From: Haliotis rubra
Lineage: Eukaryota
Reading direction: 5' to 3'
NCBI RefSeq assembly: GCF_003918875.1
Contig: NW_025767007.1
Span: forward strand, 372,001-436,000
Length of the DNA stretch: 64,000 nucleotides
The notes under the pieces are model-generated. The model was not told where the DNA came from and did not search any database. It was given only the letters and a program-made list of their open reading frames with translations. The translations under genes were made by a program, and so were the position numbers. This document shows positions 38,771 through 51,114 of the stretch, in pieces. Every line of letters begins with the position of its first letter. Position 1 is the first letter of the stretch.

Positions 38771-40349
38771 TTCCATATTGATAAAGATATATATCACATT
38801 ATAACAAGAGGTTAGATGTCATTTAAACTGCCATTTTGAAAATACACAGTTTGGGCATGACAACATTGGTTTTATGAGATGTACTGTTCCATTGTCATTC
38901 AGAATTTTTGTTCCATCTCAAGATGTAAAGAAGGCAGAAAACAATGTGAACATATCAACTTGGCAAATATTCCCACTTTGTGGGTAGGTTCCAAACTTCT
39001 AATTACTTCTGGAGCTTTAATGCCAACTTGCAAGAATTATGTTGGTCCATTCATGGAAACCCCGCTAAAGTTCCAAATTGATCAGATACTTCAAAACAAG
39101 GTGACATGGCTCAAGTGCAGCAGTATTTTACTGGTGAGGTACTAGAGGTCACACCTTTTATCAAGGATTTTGCTTTCCTTCATAGTGTATAAGAATTCTT
39201 ATTTTGAAGATGTCACCTAGACTAACATCTAGTCTCTGAAATGAACATATCTTTACAGAAGAAAACAACAGTTTCCAAATTGTGTTCAATACTTTAGAAT
39301 CGGAGCCCAGTGGCTGTTTTCATTTTCAGAAAACGTGGTAATGTAGCCTTGTCACAAGTATTCTAAACTTGCATGGGTTGCATTTGGTATATTTGCCTCA
39401 GGATCTGCATGACAGACTAGGTATTACGTACAAGTATGAAGCAGAATCTGAGTTATTATTCACTCATCCCTCAAAATAATAGGAATGCCATCTTAACTGT
39501 TTGAAGGCAGGAACATTGGGAGAACATGTTTGTGTCCTTTGGGGATAAACAACAAGCCATGATCAACAGGTCAAAACTGAGAAAAAAATTCCAGGAGTGT
39601 ACATAAATGAAGATCTTATTTAACACAGGAGCAAACTTGTAAAATTGAGTTGCCATGGACACAACATGGACTAATTAACATCCCAGAACAGGAGGGAGCA
39701 ATTCCATGTGATTTCATGTGTGGCCTATGTTGAACAAATATAAATAGAACTTAATTGGATCACCTAGACAATATGTGACTGTATTATCCACACAGTTGGA
39801 TATATCCTTGAGTGTCCTAAATGTGCAAGTAGACACAATGTGAATATGTATATGCTAAACTATTGCTGTCCAAAAAGATGATTTAATGTCTTATGTTCCT
39901 TGTTCTGTGTTGTTGGCTATTTGATAGAGTTTTTTTTATGTTGTAATGAATCCTTTGATTATTAGTTTCCTCCTCTTTATCTCGATCATACTGTACACAT
40001 TTCTTTGATCTTACTCTATCAGCTCCATGCTTCAAGCACTTTCAACTGTCTGGGAAACTTTTCTTATCTATATTCGTTCTATTTTCCCCATATTTGTTGT
40101 GATCACATTCAAATTCAACATGAACTGATAATACGACTTTTAATCTCAATATGTCATATCTTCATCTAATACTGTCTGAGTATATACTATCCTCCCAACT
40201 TTTAAATGGGTAATGATATAATGAAACACTGTGTGGTGATTGGAGTATTTAATTGTGCAAGCTTTATAATGCAGGTTGGATTTAAGAGAGTCCTTCAGGT
40301 ATGTCTTTCATGTGATCGTGCAACTTTCTTTGTACATGAATTAAGGTAA

Positions 40350-40508
40350 ATGTTTTTCTGTAATGAATGGAAAGCATGCACAGTGTTTCTTAGTGTTTGT
40401 TGTCTTCAATCACAAGCTGGTGATGTTGACGTAATCCTTGTGTTACTTTTGTTATTATCGACTGCAGGGGACGTGCAACCCAACCCAGGGCCACTGACCC
40501 ATGCGTGA
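40350..40508 (+). pseudogene. Short ORF ending in a 2A-like motif (LLLLLSTAGDVQPNPGP), probable non-LTR retrotransposon ORF start remnant
   Basis: Manual translation MFFCNEWKACTVFLSVCCLQSQAGDVDVILVLLLLLSTAGDVQPNPGPLTHA*; cut off by SINE A at 40505. Confidence 0.6.
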
Positions 40509-40669
40509 GTCAGCGAATATGGTTTTACGCAGCTTTTAGCAATATTCCAGCAACATCAAGGCGAGCGACACCAGAAATGGGCTTCACACATTGTACCCAT
40601 GTTGGAAATCGAACCGGGTCTTGAGCGTGATGAGCGAACACCTTAAACACTAGACTACACCGCTGCCCC
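40505..40669 (-). mobile_element. SINE family A
   Basis: Family A motifs. Confidence 0.85.
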
Positions 40670-41459
40670 TGTAATAAACAGCATAATAGTCATCAGAAGA
40701 TGTCATACATTAAGACTAGCTAAAGTACCAATGTTTCAGCTTTGATTAAGATTGGACAAGTGGGCTGACTTGATTTGTCTGCAAGTAGGTTTTCATTTAA
40801 AATGTTCCTGGTGAAAGTTCCCTAATCAAGCCCTGCACAGTGTATGGGCTTTATCATAACGCTAACCTGTCAAAAAGAAAATGTAGTCTCAATTAAATGT
40901 ACCTAAAATAACATTTTAACTGTCACATTTACTTTAAGTGACAGTCACCATGACTGTCGATAAAAATGCTCTCATAACGTTTGACATTCAGTGATATTTC
41001 CAATGTTTTAATCTTGATTTGAATCATGCTCATCATTTGTAGACAGCCATTAGAAAAACAGCATCAGATTATTGAAAAAGTTCTGGTTTAATGTCAAAGG
41101 TGCAACCAGATTGAGAAATATCACATATGACTTGGTTTCTGTGTAGACAACAAATTATATACATCATCAATGTACTCTTAGAAGTCTGAGCATCAGGTTA
41201 ATTACAGTTTCAATCCCAAACTGTCAAAAATGCAACCCAATAACTATAGAGTACACTTCAATATTGGCTGTACCACACAAACTTATTTATTTATTTATTC
41301 AAAAGACATCATAATTTATACCAAATCTGTTTAGATAAGTCATGCATAGAATTATACCTACCAAAAGGATTACATTCTCATTAAAATCACATTGCAACAG
41401 TTACATTGTTGCACGTGCTGGATCAGTTCCGAACCATCTTCTTAAATACAACCATGTCA

Positions 41460-42360
41460 AGATCTATTCCAGGTGCTTTAAGGGACAGTAGGGGTTAGTT
41501 CTATTCCAGTACAGGCTTCAAAGAGAGAGTATGGGCTAGTTTCATTCCAGTAGGAGAAAGTATGGGCTAATTCTATTCCAGGATCTCAACAGGACAGTAG
41601 AGGCTAGTTCTATTTCAGAATCTCTTGGGGACAGAAGCGGCTTCTAGGGTAGAAATTGGGGCTAGTTCTAGTCTAGGATATCTATGGGACAGTAAGTTCT
41701 AGTTCTATTCCAGGTGCTTTTGGGGACAGTAAGGTCTAGTTCTATTCCAGGTGCTCTAGGGGACAGTAAGGTCTAGTTCTATTCCAAGGTCTCAACAGGA
41801 CAGTAGAGGCTTCTATTCCAGGTGCTCTAGGGGACGTGGCTTCTAGTAGAAAGGTCTAGTTCTATTCCAAAATTTCAACAGGACAGTAGAGGCTAGTTCT
41901 ATTCCAGGATCTCTGGGGAAAGTAAACTCTAGTTCTATTCCAAGTGCTCTTATGGACAGTAAGGTCTAGTTCTATTCCAGGATTTCAACAGGGCAGTAGA
42001 GGCTAGTTCTATTCCAGGATCTCTAAGGGATATTAAACTCTAGTTCTATTCCAAGTGCTCTTATGGACAGTAAGGTCTAGTTCTATTCCAGGAGCTCTAG
42101 GAAACAGTAAGGTCTAGGTCTAATCCAGGTGCTCCAGGGGATAGTAAACTCTAGTTCTATTCCAAGTGCTCTTATGGACAGTAAGGTCTAGTTCTATTCC
42201 AGGAGCTCTAGGAAACAGTAAGGTCTAGTTCTAATCCAGGTGCTCTAGGGGATAGTTAACTCTAGTTCTATTCCAAGTGCTCTTATGGACAATAAGGTCT
42301 AGTTCTATTCCAGCAGCTCATGGGGATAGTAGGTCTAGTTCTATCCGATATTCTCTAGGG
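41460..42360. repeat. Minisatellite, ~37-bp unit (CTAGTTCTATTCCAGGTGCTCTAGGGGACAGTAAGGT) with 111-bp higher-order repeat
   Basis: More than 20 copies of CTAGTTCTATTCC; variant AACTCTAGTTCTATTCCAAGTGCTCTTATGG recurs every 111 bp. Confidence 0.92.
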
Positions 42361-43071
42361 TAAGTAGGGACCACTTCAATCACAGTATCTAAAGGCTAGG
42401 TAGTAGTTTTATCCCACAACCAAGAAGGCAGTAGTAGTTCTTGCTAAGCCAAACACTGCTTACAAGTATATTACAAACATCACACACATTGTAGGACCAT
42501 CGATTCAATTTTCTGACTGGGTGTGCCGAGCTTGAACATCACATTACTTCTTTCAGCCTCTGTGAAATCACTCAGAAGATATCCCAGTCTGGATTCCCAT
42601 TTCTCTCATAGCAAATATATTTCTCAAGCTAAATGCTATTAATTTCCTGGAGCATATTCAACACCACTAATATGCTGAAAGGGCAACCTCACCAGTAGAC
42701 TATTAAATTGACTTGATTATAATATTTCCCAAACCCTGGTATTTCACACATACTGTGCAACCAGCATATACATTGTAACACTTAAGAGCAGAAATTTCTA
42801 TTTATAAAGATCAATCAATAAAAGCCAATCAATAATGGCGTATGTTTATGTTCACTACCAAGAAACTACCAATGTTTATATGGAAAGCAGGATTTTTAAA
42901 AGTAATGAAAGTCAAGGTAGTGGTCAATTAAATTTGGACCCCAAGTTTCTACTGTCTTATATTGTAAAGCTATGCAATACAAACAAAGAGAGTGTTATCA
43001 TGGGTTATAAAGTCTTTGATTCTGTGAATCAAGCCAAAGGCTAGTGGGATAGTGTTTAGTTCAAATTCTGG

Positions 43072-43166
43072 TTAGTTGGTTGGTATGTTTGTATTTAACG
43101 CTGCACTCAGCAATATTCCAGCTATATGGCGGCTGTCTGTAAATATTCGAGTCTGGACCAGACAAT
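43072..43166 (-). mobile_element. SINE family B 3' fragment
   Basis: Tail and 3' body. Confidence 0.8.
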
Positions 43167-44330
43167 GTCAATTCACATTGTCACTAGGGCCATCTATATG
43201 TTAGATCACATTGTCACAAGGACCATCTATATGTCAGGTCACATTGTCACAAAGACCATCTATATGTCAGGTCACATTGTCATGAGGACTATCTATATGT
43301 CAGATCACATTGTCATGAGGACCATCTACATGTATGGTCACATTGTCACGAGGACCATCTATATGTTAGATCACATTGTCACGAGGACCATCTATATATA
43401 TGGACACATTGTCACGAGGACCATCTATATGTATGGTCACATTGTCACGAGGACCATCTATATGTCAGATCACATTGTCACGAGGACCATCTATATGTTA
43501 GATCACATTGTCACGAGGACCATCTATATATATGGACACATTGTCACGAGGACCATCTATATGTTAGATCACATTGTCACGAGGACCATCTACTGTAAAT
43601 CATGAAATTAATGTGTCACGATTTTAATGCGAGTGCAAGGGTCTAGTTTAAAATGCGTCCTGAAATTAATGCGAGCTCAGGAATCTGATGATAAAATGTG
43701 ACACCCTGAATTTTTGATGTTGTTCATTTTCTTTTCACACTTGTTATTTACCGAATAAGCAATGAATGGAAATGAGCTGACGATGTTTTGATTACGCTGC
43801 CATGTTTGATCACGTGATTGCTTGTTACTACTTGTCTTATGACAACATTTATAAACGTAATCCAACTTGAAAGACACAAGTCATCTACCAAGGTACAACA
43901 AACAAGTGGCTGGAGGATGTCCGGTCTGGCTGATGTGCTTGAGTGACTTTAAACAATGACCAGTGATTGTAACCAGTGATAATTACATGTGGCTTGAGAT
44001 ACCTGTAATGAGGAAGTGACCTGTATTGGTGTAACGTATACTGTCAACAGATTTACGTTTTCTGTCTTTTATTAAGTTCTGAAAAGTAGATATGGTCAGA
44101 CTGAAATGTGTCATTATAATAATGCGAGAAGAGTACAGACGCATTTTTCGCATTTATAAAATGCTCGCATTAATTTCATGATTTACAGTATATGTCAGGT
44201 CACATTGCCATGAGGACCATCTTTGTGTCAGGTTCCAATGTTTCAAGGACAAGCTATAAGTCTGGTCACATTTTGACAAGGAATATCTTTTTATCAGGTC
44301 AGATTGTGTCATGGAACATCTTTATTTCAT
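43167..44330. repeat. 33-bp minisatellite (CACATTGTCACGAGGACCATCTATATGTCAGAT) x~13, split by a MITE, with degenerate units after 44190
   Basis: Direct tandem units; explains the 159-aa ORF at 43126. Confidence 0.93.
43593..44188. mobile_element. MITE with TA TSD (Tc1/mariner-type)
   Basis: TA|CTGTAAATCATGAAATTAATG ... CATTAATTTCATGATTTACAG|TA. Confidence 0.9.
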
Positions 44331-44808
44331 GCTGAAAAGATACACTGGCAAGATGGAAGATGAAGTCCTCAAGGTCAAAGGGAGGGCACTCAATCATGGT
44401 GTAACATACAAAGACACGCAAATATCATTACCAGAGAATATTGGATTCTATGAGAGTAGTTTTCTTCTATGGGATCATATTCTCGGCCTGATCAATACTT
44501 TTCTATTCTAGTTTTCATCACAAAAAAGGTTATCATCATGAAATAGGCTAATGATCGATGTACTCCATTGCCATCCACATCAGAGGACTTGAGTTAGGCA
44601 ACTTGACACAATTGGTTGGTAGAGTCTTAATGTCTAAGAATAGATTCTTGCTTCTTTTGAACATTCACTGTGGGAAGTTCGTCTTTAGACAAAATACTAA
44701 ACAACACATAAAATAAACTAACAAGTAACTGACTTTACACACAATTTTTAAGGAGCTGTGAAAGAAACTATTGGGCACTGGAATAGACAACAATCTTCTC
44801 AATGTAAG

Positions 44809-44900
44809 ACTGACTGACTGACTGACTGACTGACTGAATCGAACCCGGGTCTTCGGCGTGACGAGCCAACGCTTTAACCACTAGGCTACCCCACCGCCCC
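44809..44900 (-). mobile_element. SINE A derivative: tRNA head fused directly to (AGTC)n tail
   Basis: Body absent; TSD CTCAATGTAAGA. Confidence 0.9.
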
Positions 44901-46875
44901 CTCAATGTAAGATGGTTCCTTCCAGTGAATGTAAATTTGTTACATAACTATATGGTTTTTAAGATCAGTGCTAGAAAGAAATGATGTGCATTCTCTTGGT
45001 TGACAAAAACTGTTATCATATAAAGATATATGTGCACATTTAAATAAACAACCTTCAACAGTTTGAAACAAAATAAAAACTTCTGATGATTCATGAATAA
45101 TTTGTTAAAATATTGAGACAATCTTTTCACATGTTTGAAATATATAACTTTCAATTTTTCATTTTGTTCATGGGAAAAAAGAGATTATTCTGTACTTTGT
45201 ACTTATATTGCTTCTCCATTATCTTCAGCTAAATAGGTTCCAATAACCTAGAGATGTTCTATACAATACTGTTTGCTTTGTTCCTGCCTTATCTGTATTC
45301 CAGCAACTCACAATACAAACAGATAATAAAACACCTGTCTGTGTTAGAAACACACAACAAAACTCCCAGGACATGGGAAAACCAGCAGGACCAATATGAG
45401 ACAGAGGAACAATATTTATACATCACTCTGAGACAGGAAACATCTTTCAGATTTAACTACCCATCAATTTTTTGGGAACTGACATGTTTAGTTATATTCA
45501 ACTAATTATTAACTTTTACAAAATTCAAAATTATAACTTTGATAGGTTTGAAAATGTAGCAGAAATTCAAAACTTATGCAGGGAAATATTTCAAATTACA
45601 TCACTAAGTAATGTCACTGTGCTGGGGATAAGACATTTTCAATAGATATTTCTTAGACCAACTTTTTATAAACTGTCCTATAAATATAATATAGGTACAT
45701 TTTAACCATAACTAATAGGCTTATGACTTGTACCCATTAATACCTACTCAATACTGTCAATATTACAATATTAATTAATATAACTCTAGACCTTCAAGTG
45801 TACGGACAACCGACCTACCTGAGTTCCTGTGAACATCTGGAATGCCTCTACTATCACCACAAGCATGACCACCTGTCGTCTTCCCATTAAGATAAAGGTG
45901 GTCAAAGTTTAGTGGAGTCCCCATCACAAACTTGTTAACAAGATGGCATTATTTTCAAATGATGTACTAAACCCTAGAATATTTATTTTCCATTACATAG
46001 GATGACTATCTGTTAAAGGAAATATATTTGTCATTGGTCATATGACAACCATGTAGCAGGGAGTGTTTTAAGTTCTGCTTAAAAATTAAGGGGTAGCTGT
46101 CATAAATCTATTCTTTAAAAATAAACAATAAAGAAGGACCTTACCTAAAACCCATTAAAAGTCCATAGGACCCCAATTTTAAATGTGAGCATGTAAATAC
46201 CGACAAGTGTTCATGACTAAATGTCTTCTTGACATAAACAGCTTGAGTATGTGTGTTTTGTTAAGATAAGGTCTGTGCTAAGAAATGTACTTTAGCAATG
46301 ACTTTCAGATTTAACATTTATATAATATATTTGTAAGAAATATGTTGAAAAAAATTGTTTGCATCCTTGTAGACAATTTTGCATCAAAACCAGAAAGAAT
46401 GGAGACACACACAGAACAAGGACATGCTAGTGTTCCACTTTATCAGGGCTGTAAGTTTGGAATGCAAATATGCACCATGTGAAGCAACAGACATAACATT
46501 GCAGATTATCTGCCAGGCACACGCCAAAGTTTTGTTGGTCTTCTATATACATTAACTGAGAACGTGTACTGCCAAATGTAACATATGTTATGTTTTGATA
46601 TATTTACCTTATAAACATCATATGGTCCCCAGAAAATTTATTGCATGGTATTAGCATTGCATTATTTTCCACACTAAATTAGGGTCAGGAAATCAGGGTC
46701 CTGTTTCACACAGATTTAACAATAATAAGAAACAACGACAATACATGTTCCAAATCCACATCCATAAAAATGCTTGAAATGGTACAATTTAATTCTAGTC
46801 AATGGAACAGTGGCAGTTGATTATCATTGTCAGAACCCTGTGGAGAATACAATCTGAGCTGCTTGTGAGGCACAA

Positions 46876-47120
46876 GAGTGAGTGAGTTGAGTTTTACACT
46901 GCACTCAGCAATATTCCAGCTATATGGCGGTGGTCTGTAAATAATCAAGTCTGGACCAGACAATCCAGTGATCAACAGCATGAGCATCAATCTGTGCAAA
47001 TAGGGATACGATGACATGTTTCAACCATGTCAGCAAACCTGACCACCCGATCCAGTTAGTCGCCTCTTACGACAAGCATGGGTTGCTGAAGGCCAATATT
47101 CTAACCCGGACCTTCACGGG
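46876..47120 (-). mobile_element. SINE family B, near consensus
   Basis: Full length; TSD GTGAGGCACA. Confidence 0.92.
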
Positions 47121-47200
47121 TAGTGAGGCACAGGAGGGCTGACAGACACATTACCATCACATCCTTCTGGGTACTGGATTGATGAACTGTCACTGCTGGA

Positions 47201-47363
47201 TGAGTGAGTGAGCTGGTTTTATGCCACTTTTAGCAAAATTTCCAGCAACATCATGGCGGGGGGAATCCAGAAATGGGCTTCACACATTGTACACATGTGG
47301 GGAATCGAACCCAGGTCTTTGGCGTGACGAGCCAACGCTTTAACCACTAGGCTCAACCGCCCC
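47201..47363 (-). mobile_element. SINE family A
   Basis: TSD CACTGCTGGATGA. Confidence 0.88.
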
Positions 47364-48012
47364 ACACTGCTGGATGAACTGAGGTATATTTCACAGTCAT
47401 TTGCCCAAGGTGACCCCTTATGAAAATTAGATGTCAAGACGTGAAGCACGGTTATCAAAACCCAACAAAAGCTTTAACAACTAAGCCAACCAGCAAGTGC
47501 ACAACAAACAAACACGCAACCACATGCCTTTCCTAAACTTGACAGTATCTTCAACTACTGATGTTTATAGGTTATCAAGTGCAAACATGCTTGGGCCTCA
47601 TATACATGAGGTTGAACTAAAAACAGAACACTCTATGTGGCCAAGTTCTTAAAGTTTTTAATTCAGTAGAACTTTCTCATTTGTCAAATGATCTGGTAGC
47701 TGTAATCTCTGCCTGCAAGCCAAGACCAATCTGTCTCAACTCCAGCTTAAGATAGACATATCACATTTAAAACAATGTATGTCTTTCACTGAAGCGAGGA
47801 TCTGACTACAGTCATGTTGCTTTGTGGTTTAAATTCTTGAGAGCGAGCAGAATAATTTAAGTTCTTGTTTAAACCAAGGATATGAAGTTTGAAAAGTGTT
47901 AATCTCTGTGACATTGACACGTACATGTGAACAGGATACACCTGAACAGAGGTGCCACTCCTTGAGAAATCATATCATCATGAGCATGTTTTCTTTGCCT
48001 TGGGTCACTAAA

Positions 48013-48360
48013 GACCGCCTCCGTGGTGTAGTGGTTAGAGCGTCCGCCCGGAGAGCGGAAGGTCGCGGGTTCGATCCCCGACCACGTCATACCAAAAGAC
48101 GTTAACATATGGTACTTGTTGGTCCCTGCCTGGCGCTCGGCATTAATGGGTACAACAAGGACTGGTTCGGCTCGGAGTCAGTATCATGTGTCTGAGTGGG
48201 GTATTCATGTTTCACTGCGGCATGGTATTTCAGTGGGCTAGCACTATAAAACCAGCTTAAGTCTGGGCTAGTACAAGCAGCCGCACATACACACGCATGC
48301 ACGTCGTCATATGAGCGAAATATTCTCAAGCACGACGTTAAACCCAATTTCACCTCACCT
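48013..48360 (+). mobile_element. SINE family C, tRNA head plus Meta-like central domain, young
   Basis: A box TGGTGTAGTGG, B box GGTTCGATCCC, CATACCAAAAGAC...GGTACTTG...CCTGCCTGGCGCTCGGCATTAA domain (MetaSINE-like from memory), CpGs intact; TSD CCTTGGGTCACT. Confidence 0.88.
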
Positions 48361-48637
48361 TGGGTCACTGGTGACCCAGTCATTTAAAATGACACAAAGG
48401 GACACAACTCCTACAATCTGCTGTGGGAGTTGTGTCCCTTAGATATTTCTGAAAACTGGGATAAAGGGTCCAAATCTCAGATTTGTCATCATTATGTCTC
48501 TTGGTTTCGAGTGCTTTGAGTTATCACCAGAATGGTAAACTTATAATCCTTGCATCACCTTGATGGGGTGGGGTTCCCAGATGAAGTTGACTAGCCATAG
48601 CATTGGTGAAATACTGTTCAAAGCAGACTTAGCTTGT

Positions 48638-48673
48638 TATCATTATCATCATCATCATCATCATCATCATCAT
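48638..48673. repeat. (ATC)n microsatellite
   Basis: Direct reading. Confidence 0.9.
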
Positions 48674-49534
48674 CTAACATTATGCAAAGTGGCATTAACC
48701 CATGTGCACTCACAATCATCACCACCATGACTGCCACAAAAATGTGTAACATGTTTTGCAACAAACGGTACAGTTATTTTTTCTTACATCTATATATACA
48801 CAATGAGAGAAGCAGGCTCTTTCCTGCACCAAGAGAGGAGAATAAGGTAGAATCCTTCCCCATCAGATTGAAGAGCTACCTCCATGCTGGCAAAACTCAC
48901 AGCTAGACCCAGCCTGCTACCTGCACTCTGACTTACTGTCAATGGCAGTTAGTGATAACACCATCATCGGCAACACAAGGTGACAATGATCCTGGTACTG
49001 TCGGCCTCAGCACATCCAGGAATAGTACCACTTTCACACAGCTCTATCACCACCCATAGCTCATCAGCAGAATGGGAAGCACTAATCCATTACAAGATAC
49101 TTTCATAATTCTAAAACCTCCGGCTTGTAACATTCCAATGTTGTAACTGTTTTCCAGAGATAGCACAATAAGTATATGGTCCACAGAACAAATATTCAGC
49201 TCTGCAAGTGTTGTTCAGGGGCTAAGAGAACAAATTCTTTTGACTGTTTTAAAGCTGATTCTATATCTATTCAGTAATTTACATATAAAACATGGTCCTT
49301 ATTTTCTTTAAAAAACAATACACAGAAGCTAGAAGGATTTTTTCCCACAGAGGTGTTACCTCTGTCATATTTTGTGAGTGATTTTGGTTACATCGACTTA
49401 GATTCAATTTGACTAACACAAGCAAATGCGGGCCACAAATATCCCCATCTGCGGGAATTGTGTTGATTTACACACAAGACGCTTAAATATTGAAGCTATA
49501 TCATGCCAGGAGACACCAGAAATAGGCTTCACAC

Positions 49535-49907
49535 TAGCTGACACATGGGATGATACATGAAATGGGCTTCACACTCTGGATGATACACATATCGTCGCAA
49601 CGATATTTTATCTGCGATACGATATGTATCACGATACATACACCTTGCAAGGATGACACAGTATTAAGATTTATAATGATTTATTTCAAGGTATTTGTGT
49701 ATAACAATAACAATATTGTAATAAAAAAACAAGTAACTCTATCATACTTGCGTATTTGTCTCTAAATATGTACTTTATCACGTTTAAGATAATATGGTTT
49801 TGAAAAAGAGTCGTGTATCGTTTTGCATCGATACACCAGTCGCCGATACGATAGCTGTATCAAACGTTAATGTATCGTGATGTATCAGAGCATTGGTGAA
49901 TCCCCTA
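49535..49907. mobile_element. hAT-type MITE (8-bp TSD) inserted in SINE A (49500-49996, minus)
   Basis: TSD CTTCACAC; TAG...CCCTA ends; CGATAC/GTATCG subterminal motifs; left junction partly duplicated. Confidence 0.8.
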
Positions 49908-50451
49908 CTTCACACATTGTACCTATGTGGGGAATCGAACCTGGGTCTTCAGTGTGATGAGCAAACACTTTAACCAGTAGCCTACCGCACTACCGCAGAC
50001 TGGAAGTTGGAGCAGTTGTAAAACAAATTCGGTTTTATGGATCATGTACATAGTAGTGGTCTGACCAATTGAACAAATTTTCTTTTGGCAGTCAAGTTGT
50101 TGATTTAGAACTATTACATTTGTCATGTCTGTTTTTCATAGCTATCCTTGAAAGTTGGCTAAGGAAATATTCTGTGCAAATATGGTCCATGTTTTAAAGA
50201 ACATCTGTTCCATGTCAGTTTGACCCAAACCTCCCCTGTTCAAACAACATGGAGCATGAAAGTAAACTAATATGGCAAACTAACTATTTTTTTTCATTAA
50301 AACAGACAGCAAATCAAGTTGCTGGTGAACTTTATGCCATGTTCTACAAGTTTCCTTCAGAAGTGCCACAAAGATTTCTGATTGTTTTGTGGAGTCGATC
50401 TGAGAGAGCTTGCCAAAGACAAACAGCCATCAGTAGTCTCATCTTCATTTA

Positions 50452-50597
50452 GGGGAGGCAGGGTAGCCTAGTTGTTAAAGCATTCGCTCATCATGACAAA
50501 AACCCGGTTCCATTCCCCACATGGATACAATGTGTCCCCTCGCCATGATATTGCTGGAATATTGCTAAAAGCAGCATAAAACCATACTCACTCACTC
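50452..50597 (+). mobile_element. SINE family A, internally deleted
   Basis: TSD CTCATCTT. Confidence 0.82.
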
Positions 50598-51114
50598 ATC
50601 TTGATTTACAGTGACCATGTTCAAATATATCACCAAATCTAATCATATCTTGCTCCACTGGCAAGATCTGAGGAAGCTTTGTGCCAACACTGTGAAATAT
50701 TAAATATCTCCGTTACTCTACAACACTGGTACTGAGCCAAGAGAGCCACTTCAAGGCAAGATTTACAAAACTCAGACAGGCTATCAAAAGGTGTTGACAA
50801 TTAACATGTGTTCCATCATTTTCATCACGTTCTTTCAGAATTTCTCGATGATTCACAACTGAACTAGTATGGTTTGCTTGGTGTATACAAGCATATGATA
50901 TGAGATAAAAAAAAACATGAAGGAAACGGAAAAAAATAATCACTTCCATAGAGCATTGATGGCATAAGTAGGGTGAGCAAGATGGGTAGGAAAGCTGAAT
51001 GGATTGGGAATAGCTGAAGAAACATCAGGAATAGTGAAGAACAGCTGAAAAATATATTAGGAGTAGCTGATAAATAGATCATTGATAGATTAGGAGTGAA
51101 GAATAATAGATAGA

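Noticed and set aside
41460-42360. CRISPR-like look of conserved CTAGTTCTATTCC with variable intervals
   Set aside because: Intervals are related to each other, not unique spacers; eukaryotic context; no cas genes
43126-43605. Longest ORF (159 aa, repeats of HIVTRTIYMxx)
   Set aside because: Product of a 33-bp (11-codon) minisatellite; starts inside a SINE and ends in a MITE
49028-49072. Minus-strand CTGATGAG...GAAA resembling a canonical hammerhead
   Set aside because: Extra bases between stem II and GAAA, and no convincing stems I/III
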